Below, piece after piece: positions 33,651 through 46,400 of a DNA stretch of 64,000 nucleotides. The translations under genes were made by a program, and so were the position numbers. The notes beneath the pieces are model-generated. The model was not told the origin of the DNA. It was given only the letters and a program-made list of their open reading frames with translations, and ran no database searches. Location of the stretch: NCBI RefSeq assembly GCF_009914755.1, contig NC_060946.1. One strand, written 5' to 3'. Within the stretch, counting starts at the first letter, position 1; each line of letters starts with the position of its first letter. Origin of the DNA: the human T2T-CHM13v2.0 reference genome, Homo sapiens.

Positions 33651-36600
33651 TTGTGTGTGTGCGGTGTGAGGTATGGGCCCCTTAAGGAAATGGAAATCAA
33701 CCAACCAATGGGACAGACAGACAGACAGACAGACAGAGATTCACTTGCCCAAGTGTTCTGTCCTGTCCTCTGAATCCGCTTTCAAGTCGCAAGACGCTGT
33801 GAGCTCCAAGTCCACGCAGAGTCCGCCAAACGCTCCGGCCGCTGATCCGCTCCGCGAAGATCTGAGTACAGGCCAGCCAGGGTGGGTTTAAATAGCCTCG
33901 GGCGCAGCCTAGCAGCGGAAAGGGCGGAGCTTCACTCCTCCTTTCCATCAGTCACCCCCAACTTTCCCAGGCTACACCTCGTAGGAAACTGTTCTCCTGC
34001 TTTGATTTCATGCGCCACCTTTGGGACAATCTAAGAACTTACAGGTTTTCTTGGCCAGATTTATTAGGAATTGTATGCACTGAAACACTGAAAACCAACT
34101 AGTGGTTCTGTGCTTCCCACGTTGTGGTTTTGACACCAGCAGCATCCTTGCCACAATCAAACCCCGGAGATCCGCAGATCTGTGTTGTAACAAGACCTCC
34201 CCCTGACCCTGAAGCATGGCAGTTGAAGAAGTCTTTCCGTGTAAGCGAAAAGACTTTGAAGAAAAGGTGGAGATATGCGTTGTATAAACATTCTTTGGCT
34301 CTGGAACCACGTAGAGACTTGGGAGCCAGTTGGGTGGAGCATTCGTTGGATGAGGGTGCTCGGGTTAGGAATATCAAGGTGTTTCTCCAGATAATCCAAT
34401 CATCTAATTAAGATTCCAGTTATGCTCATCTGTTTTAAAATTCCGTTTGGGTAAATTCTTTTAGTCAGACTGAGAATGGCAAAGCCTCAACCCCAATTTC
34501 CAGGGAGGGTGGAGAGCCTCAGGTGGAGTTGATCACCAATAGCCTATGGTTTAACCCATCATGCCTATAGAATGAGGTCTCCATCAAAACCCAAAAGGAC
34601 TGGGTTCAGAGAGCTTCTGGATAACACTTCCTGGAAGGTAGTGCACCCCTCCCCGCATGCCGGGCCCCACATTTATTTCTGAACCTTGTGCAATGTCCGC
34701 TAAAATACAACGGCAAATGTAAGTGTTTCCCTGCGTGCTGTGAGCTCTTCCAGCAAATGAATGCAACTAAATCTGGGAGTGGTGGCAACCTGATTTATAG
34801 CCAGTTGCTGAGAAGCACAGGTAAAACAACGTAGGGCTTCCCATTGTTATTGGTGTGGGAGGCCTGTCTGGCGGGACTCGGCCCTTTGGAATCTAATGCT
34901 ATGTCCCGGTAGATAGCGTCACCATTGAATTAGAAGACACACATATGTGGAGAATAATCTTTCTGGTCATTTACTGCATGTCATATTTACAATATGTAAT
35001 CAAATTCTTTATCCTGACCTTATGGCACCTGGGTTTAGGACCATGATTTGAACCAAACGTTGGTCTGTCACTTTCTGAGTTTGAAACTTTATTTTGCCTT
35101 TAGCGTTTTGCTATTGCTTTTTCGTTTTCTTTTGTTTCGTTTCGTTTCTAAGTTCTGGGGTATATGTGCAGGATGTGCAGATTTGTTACTAAGGTAAACG
35201 TGTGCCATGGTGGTTTGCTGCACCTGTCAACCCGTCACCTAGGTATTAAGCCCAGCATGCAGTAGCTGTTTTTCTTAACGCTCTGCCTCCCGAAAGGCCC
35301 CAGTGTGTGTTGTTCCCCTTCCTGTGTCCATGGGATCTCACTTTTCAGCTCCCATTATAAGTGAGAAGGTGGCGTTTGGTTTTCTTTCCCTGGATTAGTT
35401 TGCTGACGATAATGACCACACATCACCACTGTTTTTGTTTTTTAGTATAAAGAGTAGTATTTTATTGAATAAGATTTGCTCACAGAAAAATAAGCTTAAA
35501 TCTACAATGAATGCCAGACCCTACAGCAGAAAGCAATTTTCTCACTTTTCCACACACAATGGTTCCTACTAAGTGAAAAAAAAGCCATAAAATTTCATTC
35601 ACAAATGTACTACTCTGTCTCAAAACATCTCACGTAATCATGCACTGTACTAAAGCCATCAGATCAGTTCTTCAGTCAGGTTAAAGAAGTATCCCTCTAA
35701 TAACTGACTTTTATAATGCTATCAATATCCACTCCCAATCAGTCTGCCATTGTTAATGGTGTACAGCATTACTGAATACAACGGAATTGATGACGCCCAT
35801 ATCCACAGACAAACCGTGACTTATGATGGTTTGATTTATGATTTTTCAACGTTATGATGGGTTTATTGGAATATTAGATTCGTTTCTGAGTTACACTGGG
35901 TTTATGAGTATGCGACCCTACACTCCAGAAACAGCTGTATAAGGAAAAACAGGTGTACCTAATAAAAATATGCTTAGTGACTTGGGATAAACCAATAGAT
36001 GTTCACAAGTGATGGAGAGCCGTGAAAGAGAGAGAGCGGTAAATAGTTACAATAACACAATTTTCCTGCACCTGTCGAGGATTTCCCCCAAAAAACGCAG
36101 AATGTGGGATGCACCTAAGGCATATGAAAGAGAGAGGGCAGAAGGAGTAAGAGAGAAATAGGAGGAAGGAAGGAAGGAAGCAAGGAAGAAAGGAAGGAAG
36201 GAAAGAAGGAAGGAAGGACGGAAGGAAGGAAGGAAGGAAGGAAGGAAGGAAAGAAGGATGAAAGGAAGGAGAAAACACCGGTGTTACTAAAACCCCCCAA
36301 AAAATGGTTTCCCCCTGTGGGTAAGCCTACAATGTGGATGAATCTTGAAAATATTGTGCTACGTGTTATGTCAGTCATAGCAGCTCACCTATTGTGCAAT
36401 TCCGTTTATAGGAAATGTCCACAATATGGAAATCTATGCATATGGGATTGATCGCACTAGGTAGTTGCTACCTAGGGCTGAGGGTCAGGGAGAGGGTTTG
36501 AGACAGAATGAGGAGTGACTAATGTCTACAGGGTCTTTCTCTGGTCGGGGGTGATAAGACGTTTTACAATGGATTGCGAATTAAAATTGAATGTGCACAA

Positions 36601-36867
36601 CCACAGGTATACTAAAAGCCACTCAATTCATGACCTTTAATGGGGGAATCTTACGTGGCGTAGTCTCATGGAGACCACGGCAGACATAGTGAGAGAGAAA
36701 AAGGTGAGTAAATATCTGAAACGGAGGCAGAAACAGAGAGAATGAAAAGCCCTGTGAATGGAAGGGAGAGCGAAAAGGGAAAATGGTCCTATTTACAAAT
36801 GACAGATGTGAAACTGGGGTTCACATCAACAGTGTCACTGCCAGGAAGGAGGGTCATGCTAGCCATG

Positions 36868-39800
36868 TCACCGGTAGTGTGGCCCGCAGGGACGCCGACC
36901 TGCTGGAGCGTCGTGCCAGCATGGGCTGTGGCAACCACGTGGGCCAGCAGGAGGTTCCCGCTGCACAGCTGTGGGGTGAGGATAGACTGGGTGGTGATAT
37001 CGGCCATTACAGGGGCCTCTTCTGCTGGCAAGAGTGTGACAGTAGCAAGTAGATGGACAGGCCTGCGTGTGAGGACGGAATGCAGGAGGGGTTCTTGTGC
37101 GCCTGGGTGTGGGGCCCTCACGGGAACTGTGGAGAAATGGCCAGGTAACTGCGTCATGTGGGCTAGTAGATTGGCCAGGGCTTCGAACTGAAGGACGATA
37201 ATGGGGAGTAGCTGTCAGGCCCTGGGAGTGCCTGAGTGTAAGTGGAGATGGGTTTGGGGTCACTGAGGGATGCGTGGGAGCCATCCCTGTATAGGTACAG
37301 GTCATAGGTAGATAGTCTCGTGAGGCCTGTGAGTGTCTAGGGTTGTCCTGGGTGCCTGGGACTGACTGTGGCAGAAATCTGGGGAAGGCTGGAGAGAAGC
37401 TGGGAGACCCAGGAGAGTCCCTGAAGGCAGGGGGTGAAGAGGTGAAAGAAATGGGGGAGGGTTGCAGTAAGGTCCGTGAGTTTGTAGGTGATTCCTGGGT
37501 GCGGGAAGCTGACTCCAGGTGAAATCTGGAGATGGTTGGAGAGTAGCTGAGAGAGACAGAAGAGTCCCTGAGGGCTGGGGGTGAGAACATGAGGGAGACG
37601 GGGGAGTAAGTCAGTGAAATTCGTGAGTTCGGTGGTGTATCGTGGGTGCCTGGAACTGACTCCAGCTGGAATCTAGAGAAGTTTTGAGAGTAGCTGAAGG
37701 AGACACAAGAGTCCCTGTGGGCTGAGGGCAAAGACCTGAGACAGACCAGGGAGGACCTCAGTGAAGTCTGTGAGTCTGTAGGTGATTCCGGAGTGTGGGA
37801 GGCTGACTCCCGCTGAAATCTGGGCGTGGTGGGAGAGTAGCTGGGACAGACAGGAGAGTCCCAGGGGGCTGGGGGTGACGACGTGAGAGAGACTGGGGAG
37901 TAACTCAGTGAAATTGCTGAGTTGGTTGGTGATACCTGGGTGCCTGGAACTGACCCCCGCTGAAATCTGGGCATGGTTGGAGAGTAGCTGGGACACACAG
38001 GAGAGTCCCTGAGGGCTGGGGGTGAAGACATGAGCGAGACCGGGGAGTAACTGAGTGAAACTGGTGAGTTTGGTGGTGACTCCGGGGTGCCTGGAACTGA
38101 CTCCAGCTGAAATGTGGGCGTGGTTGGAGAGTAGCTGGGACAGACAGGAGAGTCCCTGAGGACTGGTGAAGACATGAGAGAGACTGGAGAGTAATTGAGT
38201 GAAATTGGTGAGTTTGGTGGTGATTCCTGGGTGCCTGGAACTGACTCCCGCTGAAGTGTGGGCGTGGTTGGAGAGTAGCTGGGACACACAGGAGAGTCCC
38301 TGAGGGTTGGAGATAAAGACGTGCTAGAGACTGAGGAGTAACTGAGTGAAATTGGTGAGTTTGGTGGTGATTCCGGGGTGCCTGGAACGGACTCCAGCTG
38401 AAATGTGGGCGTGGTTGGAGAGTAGCTGGGACAGACGGGAGAGTCCCTGAGGAATGGTGAAGACATGAGAGAGACTGGGGAGTAACGCAGTGAAATTGGT
38501 GAGTTTGGTGGTGATTTCTGGGTGCCTGCAACGGACTCCCGCTGAAGTGTGGGCGTGCTTGGAGAGTAGCTGGGACAGACAGGCGAGTCCCTGAGGGTTG
38601 GAGATAAAGACGTGCTAGAGACTGAGGAGTAACTGAGTGAAATTGGTGAGTTTGGTGGTGATTCCGGGGTGCCTGGAACGGACTCCAGCTGAAATGTGGG
38701 CGTGGTTGGAGAGTAGCTGGGACAGACGGGAGAGTCCCTGAGGGATGGTGAAGACATGAGAGAGACTGGGGAGTAACGCAGTGAAATTGGTGAGTTTGGT
38801 GGTGATTTCTGGGTGCCTGCAACAGACTCCCGCTGAAGTGTGGGCGTGCTTGGAGAGTAGCTGGGACAGACAGGCGAGTCCCTGAGGGTTGGAGATAAAG
38901 ACGTGCTGGAGACTGGGGAGTAACTCAGTGAAAGTGGTGGGCTTGGTGGTGATCCCAGGGTTCCTGGAACTGACCCGCGCTGAAATGTGGGCGTGGTTGG
39001 AGAGTAGCTGGGACAGACTGGAGGGTCCGTAAGGGCTGGGGGTGAAGACGTGAGAGAGACTGGCGAGGATCTCACTGAGGTCTGTGAGTTTGTAGGTGTT
39101 TCTGGGGTGTGGGGTACAGACTCCCGCTGAAATCTGGGCGTAGTTGGAGAGTAGCTGGGACAGACAGGAGAGTCATGGGTGGCTGGGGGTGAGCTGCTGG
39201 ATGATGGCAGTAAGAACATATGGTACATTATTGATGAATGAGGTGACTGTGAAGAATCTCCAGAGGAGGACACGGGAGAACACAATGACATGAGTGACTG
39301 TCCTGCTTGGTTAGGAAAGGGAAACGTAAAGTTGTGGAATTCTGTTGATGATGGATGTGAGAGTGGTGAAGCCCTGCGGGATGATGTAGAGGACTTCCAC
39401 ATCCCTGGTGAGGAGCTGCCCCTTGGGTCTGAGTTTCTGGGAGGGGAGAGGGAGAAGCTGGGTGAGGCAGGCATGAATCTTGAGGAGTCAGGGCTGGGGG
39501 ACCGCTCATATTCTCCCGAGACCTGTGAGTCTCTGGGGGACTCCTGGGTGCATGGGGCTGACTCCCGCAGGAACCTGGGGATGGCTGGAGAGTAACTGGG
39601 AGCCACAGGAGGGTCCCTGAGGCCTGGGGGTGAAGAGATGCAAGACACAGGGGTGGAGCAGCGTGAGGCTCGTGAGTTTGTAGGTGATTCCTGGGTGTGG
39701 GGGGCTGACTCCAGCTGAAATCTGGGGTTGTTTGGAGAGTAGCTGGGAGACACAGGAGAACCCCCGAGAGCTGGGGGTGAGCTGCTGGGTGATGGCAGTA

Positions 39801-40140
39801 AGAACATGTGGTATATTATTGATGAACGTGGGGACTCTGAGGAGTCCTCAGAGGAGGACACAGCAGAGCCCAATGGCTTCATTGATTGCCCATCACGGTG
39901 AGGACAGGGAAATGGGAGCTTGTGGGATTCTGGTGATGACAGAGGTGAGTGTGGTGAAGCCCTAGGGGATGGTGAATGGTAGTTCCGGATCCCTGGTGAG
40001 GAGCTTCCCCTTAAGCCGGAGTTTCTGAGAGGGGAGAGGGAGAAGCTGGGTGAGGCTCGCATGGACCTTGGGGTGTCCGTGCTGGGGGACCGTTCATAAG
40101 AAGAGCCAGACAAGACCTTACTGTTCTTAGGTGCAGACAT
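36868..40140 (-). CDS. Ser/Pro-rich repeat protein, 1090 aa variant
   Basis: Intact ORF with a few substitutions (K8, QSVPG, FLHSSRE). Confidence 0.65.
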   Translation of the reverse strand: MSAPKNSKVLSGSSYERSPSTDTPRSMRASPSFSLSPLRNSGLRGSSSPGIRNYHSPSPRASPHSPLSSPESHKLPFPCPHRDGQSMKPLGSAVSSSEDSSESPRSSIIYHMFLLPSPSSSPPALGGSPVSPSYSPNNPRFQLESAPHTQESPTNSRASRCSTPVSCISSPPGLRDPPVAPSYSPAIPRFLRESAPCTQESPRDSQVSGEYERSPSPDSSRFMPASPSFSLSPPRNSDPRGSSSPGMWKSSTSSRRASPLSHPSSTEFHNFTFPFPNQAGQSLMSLCSPVSSSGDSSQSPHSSIMYHMFLLPSSSSSPPATHDSPVCPSYSPTTPRFQRESVPHTPETPTNSQTSVRSSPVSLTSSPPALTDPPVCPSYSPTTPTFQRGSVPGTLGSPPSPPLSLSYSPVSSTSLSPTLRDSPVCPSYSPSTPTLQRESVAGTQKSPPNSPISLRYSPVSLMSSPSLRDSPVCPSYSPTTPTFQLESVPGTPESPPNSPISLSYSSVSSTSLSPTLRDSPVCPSYSPSTPTLQRESVAGTQKSPPNSPISLRYSPVSLMSSPFLRDSPVCPSYSPTTPTFQLESVPGTPESPPNSPISLSYSSVSSTSLSPTLRDSPVCPSYSPTTPTLQRESVPGTQESPPNSPISLNYSPVSLMSSPVLRDSPVCPSYSPTTPTFQLESVPGTPESPPNSPVSLSYSPVSLMSSPPALRDSPVCPSYSPTMPRFQRGSVPGTQVSPTNSAISLSYSPVSLTSSPPAPWDSPVCPSYSPTTPRFQRESASHTPESPTDSQTSLRSSLVCLRSLPSAHRDSCVSFSYSQNFSRFQLESVPGTHDTPPNSRISLTYSPVSLMFSPPALRDSSVSLSYSPTISRFHLESASRTQESPTNSRTLLQPSPISFTSSPPAFRDSPGSPSFSPAFPRFLPQSVPGTQDNPRHSQASRDYLPMTCTYTGMAPTHPSVTPNPSPLTLRHSQGLTATPHYRPSVRSPGQSTSPHDAVTWPFLHSSREGPTPRRTRTPPAFRPHTQACPSTCYCHTLASRRGPCNGRYHHPVYPHPTAVQREPPAGPRGCHSPCWHDAPAGRRPCGPHYR

Positions 40141-40215
40141 GATTAGGAAACCTGCAGCTCCCAGGGGCCCCCACTAATGTTCTAACTCGCAGAAGGAAGG
40201 AGTGTGTGTGCGTGT

Positions 40216-40247
<32 letters not shown>

Positions 40248-43200
40248 TTGTGTGTGTGCGGTGTGAGGTATGGGCCCCTTAAGGAAATGGAAATCAACCA
40301 ACCAATGGGACAGACAGACAGACAGACAGACAGAGATTCACTTGCCCAAGTGTTCTGTCCTGTCCTCTGAATCCGCTTTCAAGTCGCAAGACGCTGTGAG
40401 CTCCAAGTCCACGCAGAGTCCGCCAAACGCTCCGGCCGCTGATCCGCTCCGCGAAGATCTGAGTACAGGCCAGCCAGGGTGGGTTTAAATAGCCTCGGGC
40501 GCAGCCTAGCAGCGGAAAGGGCGGAGCTTCACTCCTCCTTTCCATCAGTCACCCCCAACTTTCCCAGGCTACACCTCGTAGGAAACTGTTCTCCTGCTTT
40601 GATTTCATGCGCCACCTTTGGGACAATCTAAGAACTTACAGGTTTTCTTGGCCAGATTTATTAGGAATTGTATGCACTGAAACACTGAAAACCAACTAGT
40701 GGTTCTGTGCTTCCCACGTTGTGGTTTTGACACCAGCAGCATCCTTGCCACAATCAAACCCCGGAGATCCGCAGATCTGTGTTGTAACAAGACCTCCCCC
40801 TGACCCTGAAGCATGGCAGTTGAAGAAGTCTTTCCGTGTAAGCGAAAAGACTTTGAAGAAAAGGTGGAGATATGCGTTGTATAAACATTCTTTGGCTCTG
40901 GAACCACGTAGAGACTTGGGAGCCAGTTGGGTGGAGCATTCGTTGGATGAGGGTGCTCGGGTTAGGAATATCAAGGTGTTTCTCCAGATAATCCAATCAT
41001 CTAATTAAGATTCCAGTTATGCTCATCTGTTTTAAAATTCCGTTTGGGTAAATTCTTTTAGTCAGACTGAGAATGGCAAAGCCTCAACCCCAATTTCCAG
41101 GGAGGGTGGAGAGCCTCAGGTGGAGTTGATCACCAATAGCCTATGGTTTAACCCATCATGCCTATAGAATGAGGTCTCCATCAAAACCCAAAAGGACTGG
41201 GTTCAGAGAGCTTCTGGATAACACTTCCTGGAAGGTAGTGCACCCCTCCCCGCATGCCGGGCCCCACATTTATTTCTGAACCTTGTGCAATGTCCGCTAA
41301 AATACAACGGCAAATGTAAGTGTTTCCCTGCGTGCTGTGAGCTCTTCCAGCAAATGAATGCAACTAAATCTGGGAGTGGTGGCAACCTGATTTATAGCCA
41401 GTTGCTGAGAAGCACAGGTAAAACAACGTAGGGCTTCCCATTGTTATTGGTGTGGGAGGCCTGTCTGGCGGGACTCGGCCCTTTGGAATCTAATGCTATG
41501 TCCCGGTAGATAGCGTCACCATTGAATTAGAAGACACACATATGTGGAGAATAATCTTTCTGGTCATTTACTGCATGTCATATTTACAATATGTAATCAA
41601 ATTCTTTATCCTGACCTTATGGCACCTGGGTTTAGGACCATGATTTGAACCAAACGTTGGTCTGTCACTTTCTGAGTTTGAAACTTTATTTTGCCTTTAG
41701 CGTTTTGCTATTGCTTTTTCGTTTTCTTTTGTTTCGTTTCGTTTCTAAGTTCTGGGGTATATGTGCAGGATGTGCAGATTTGTTACTAAGGTAAACGTGT
41801 GCCATGGTGGTTTGCTGCACCTGTCAACCCGTCACCTAGGTATTAAGCCCAGCATGCAGTAGCTGTTTTTCTTAACGCTCTGCCTCCCGAAAGGCCCCAG
41901 TGTGTGTTGTTCCCCTTCCTGTGTCCATGGGATCTCACTTTTCAGCTCCCATTATAAGTGAGAAGGTGGCGTTTGGTTTTCTTTCCCTGGATTAGTTTGC
42001 TGACGATAATGACCACACATCACCACTGTTTTTGTTTTTTAGTATAAAGAGTAGTATTTTATTGAATAAGATTTGCTCACAGAAAAATAAGCTTAAATCT
42101 ACAATGAATGCCAGACCCTACAGCAGAAAGCAATTTTCTCACTTTTCCACACACAATGGTTCCTACTAAGTGAAAAAAAAGCCATAAAATTTCATTCACA
42201 AATGTACTACTCTGTCTCAAAACATCTCACGTAATCATGCACTGTACTAAAGCCATCAGATCAGTTCTTCAGTCAGGTTAAAGAAGTATCCCTCTAATAA
42301 CTGACTTTTATAATGCTATCAATATCCACTCCCAATCAGTCTGCCATTGTTAATGGTGTACAGCATTACTGAATACAACGGAATTGATGACGCCCATATC
42401 CACAGACAAACCGTGACTTATGATGGTTTGATTTATGATTTTTCAACGTTATGATGGGTTTATTGGAATATTAGATTCGTTTCTGAGTTACACTGGGTTT
42501 ATGAGTATGCGACCCTACACTCCAGAAACAGCTGTATAAGGAAAAACAGGTGTACCTAATAAAAATATGCTTAGTGACTTGGGATAAACCAATAGATGTT
42601 CACAAGTGATGGAGAGCCGTGAAAGAGAGAGAGCGGTAAATAGTTACAATAACACAATTTTCCTGCACCTGTCGAGGATTTCCCCCAAAAAACGCAGAAT
42701 GTGGGATGCACCTAAGGCATATGAAAGAGAGAGGGCAGAAGGAGTAAGAGAGAAATAGGAGGAAGGAAGGAAGGAAGCAAGGAAGAAAGGAAGGAAGGAA
42801 AGAAGGAAGGAAGGACGGAAGGAAGGAAGGAAGGAAGGAAGGAAGGAAAGAAGGATGAAAGGAAGGAGAAAACACCGGTGTTACTAAAACCCCCCAAAAA
42901 ATGGTTTCCCCCTGTGGGTAAGCCTACAATGTGGATGAATCTTGAAAATATTGTGCTACGTGTTATGTCAGTCATAGCAGCTCACCTATTGTGCAATTCC
43001 GTTTATAGGAAATGTCCACAATATGGAAATCTATGCATATGGGATTGATCGCACTAGGTAGTTGCTACCTAGGGCTGAGGGTCAGGGAGAGGGTTTGAGA
43101 CAGAATGAGGAGTGACTAATGTCTACAGGGTCTTTCTCTGGTCGGGGGTGATAAGACGTTTTACAATGGATTGCGAATTAAAATTGAATGTGCACAACCA

Positions 43201-43464
43201 CAGGTATACTAAAAGCCACTCAATTTATGACCTTTAATGGGGGAATCTTACGTGGCGTAGTCTCATGGAGACCACGGCAGACATAGTGAGAGAGAAAAAG
43301 GTGAGTAAATATCTGAAACGGAGGCAGAAACAGAGAGAATGAAAAGCCCTGTGAATGGAAGGGAGAGCGAAAAGGGAAAATGGTCCTATTTACAAATGAC
43401 AGATGTGAAACTGGGGTTCACATCAACAGTGTCACTGCCAGGAAGGAGGGTCATGCTAGCCATG

Positions 43465-46400
43465 TCACCGGTAGTGTGGCCCGCAGGGACGCCGACCTGC
43501 TGGAGCGTCGTGCCAGCATGGGCTGTGGCAACCACGTGGGCCAGCAGGAGGTTCCCGCTGCACAGCTGTGGGGTGAGGATAGACTGGGTGGTGATATCGG
43601 CCATTACAGGGGCCTCTTCTGCTGGCAAGAGTGTGACAGTAGCAAGTAGATGGACAGGCCTGCGTGTGAGGACGGAATGCAGGAGGGGTTCTTGTGCGCC
43701 TGGGTGTGGGGCCCTCACGGGAACTGTGGAGAAATGGCCAGGTAACTGCGTCATGTGGGCTAGTAGATTGGCCAGGGCTTCGAACTGAAGGACGATAATG
43801 GGGAGTAGCTGTCAGGCCCTGGGAGTGCCTGAGTGTAAGTGGAGATGGGTTTGGGGTCACTGAGGGATGCGTGGGAGCCATCCCTGTATAGGTACAGGTC
43901 ATAGGTAGATAGTCTCGTGAGGCCTGTGAGTGTCTAGGGTTGTCCTGGGTGCCTGGGACTGACTGTGGCAGAAATCTGGGGAAGGCTGGAGAGAAGCTGG
44001 GAGACCCAGGAGAGTCCCTGAAGGCAGGGGGTGAAGAGGTGAAAGAAATGGGGGAGGGTTGCAGTAAGGTCCGTGAGTTTGTAGGTGATTCCTGGGTGCG
44101 GGAAGCTGACTCCAGGTGAAATCTGGAGATGGTTGGAGAGTAGCTGAGAGAGACAGAAGAGTCCCTGAGGGCTGGGGGTGAGAACATGAGGGAGACGGGG
44201 GAGTAAGTCAGTGAAATTCGTGAGTTCGGTGGTGTATCGTGGGTGCCTGGAACTGACTCCAGCTGGAATCTAGAGAAGTTTTGAGAGTAGCTGAAGGAGA
44301 CACAAGAGTCCCTGTGGGCTGAGGGCAAAGACCTGAGACAGACCAGGGAGGACCTCAGTGAAGTCTGTGAGTCTGTAGGTGATTCCGGAGTGTGGGAGGC
44401 TGACTCCCGCTGAAATCTGGGCGTGGTGGGAGAGTAGCTGGGACAGACAGGAGAGTCCCAGGGGGCTGGGGGTGACGACGTGAGAGAGACTGGGGAGTAA
44501 CTCAGTGAAATTGCTGAGTTGGTTGGTGATACCTGGGTGCCTGGAACTGACCCCCGCTGAAATCTGGGCATGGTTGGAGAGTAGCTGGGACACACAGGAG
44601 AGTCCCTGAGGGCTATGGGTGAAGACATGAGCGAGACCGGGGAGTAACTGAGTGAAACTGGTGAGTTTGGTGGTGACTCCGGGGTGCCTGGAACTGACTC
44701 CAGCTGAAATGTGGGCGTGGTTGGAGAGTAGCTGGGACAGACAGGAGAGTCCCTGAGGGATGGTGAAGACATGAGAGAGACTGGAGAGTAATTGAGTGAA
44801 ATTGGTGAGTTTGGTGGTGATTCCTGGGTGCCTGGAACTGACTCCCGCTGAAGTGTGGGCGTGGTTGGAGAGTAGCTGGGACACACAGGAGAGTCCCTGA
44901 GGGTTGGAGATAAAGACGTGCTAGAGACTGAGGAGTAACTGAGTGAAATTGGTGAGTTTGGTGGTGATTCCGGGGTGCCTGGAACGGACTCCAGCTGAAA
45001 TGTGGGCGTGGTTGGAGAGTAGCTGGGACAGACGGGAGAGTCCCTGAGGAATGGTGAAGACATGAGAGAGACTGGGGAGTAACGCAGTGAAATTGGTGAG
45101 TTTGGTGGTGATTTCTGGGTGCCTGCAACGGACTCCCGCTGAAGTGTGGGCGTGCTTGGAGAGTAGCTGGGACAGACAGGCGAGTCCCTGAGGGTTGGAG
45201 ATAAAGACGTGCTAGAGACTGAGGAGTAACTGAGTGAAATTGGTGAGTTTGGTGGTGATTCCGGGGTGCCTGGAACGGACTCCAGCTGAAATGTGGGCGT
45301 GGTTGGAGAGTAGCTGGGACAGACGGGAGAGTCCCTGAGGGATGGTGAAGACATGAGAGAGACTGGGGAGTAACGCAGTGAAATTGGTGAGTTTGGTGGT
45401 GATTTCTGGGTGCCTGCAACAGACTCCCGCTGAAGTGTGGGCGTGCTTGGAGAGTAGCTGGGACAGACAGGCGAGTCCCTGAGGGTTGGAGATAAAGACG
45501 TGCTGGAGACTGGGGAGTAACTCAGTGAAAGTGGTGGGCTTGGTGGTGATCCCAGGGTTCCTGGAACTGACCCGCGCTGAAATGTGGGCGTGGTTGGAGA
45601 GTAGCTGGGACAGACTGGAGGGTCCGTAAGGGCTGGGGGTGAAGACGTGAGAGAGACTGGCGAGGATCTCACTGAGGTCTGTGAGTTTGTAGGTGTTTCT
45701 GGGGTGTGGGGTACAGACTCCCGCTGAAATCTGGGCGTAGTTGGAGAGTAGCTGGGACAGACAGGAGAGTCATGGGTGGCTGGGGGTGAGCTGCTGGATG
45801 ATGGCAGTAAGAACATATGGTACATTATTGATGAATGAGGTGACTGTGAAGAATCTCCAGAGGAGGACACGGGAGAACACAATGACATGAGTGACTGTCC
45901 TGCTTGGTTAGGAAAGGGAAACGTAAAGTTGTGGAATTCTGTTGATGATGGATGTGAGAGTGGTGAAGCCCTGCGGGATGATGTAGAGGACTTCCACATC
46001 CCTGGTGAGGAGCTGCCCCTTGGGTCTGAGTTTCTGGGAGGGGAGAGGGAGAAGCTGGGTGAGGCAGGCATGAATCTTGAGGAGTCAGGGCTGGGGGACC
46101 GCTCATATTCTCCCGAGACCTGTGAGTCTCTGGGGGACTCCTGGGTGCATGGGGCTGACTCCCGCAGGAACCTGGGGTTGGCTGGAGAGTAACTGGGAGC
46201 CACAGGAGGGTCCCTGAGGCCTGGGGGTGAAGAGATGCAAGACACAGGGGTGGAGCAGCGTGAGGCTCGTGAGTTTGTAGGTGATTCCTGGGTGTGGGGG
46301 GCTGACTCCAGCTGAAATCTGGGGTTGTTTGGAGAGTAGCTGGGAGACACAGGAGAACCCCCGAGAGCTGGGGGTGAGCTGCTGGGTGATGGCAGTAAGA

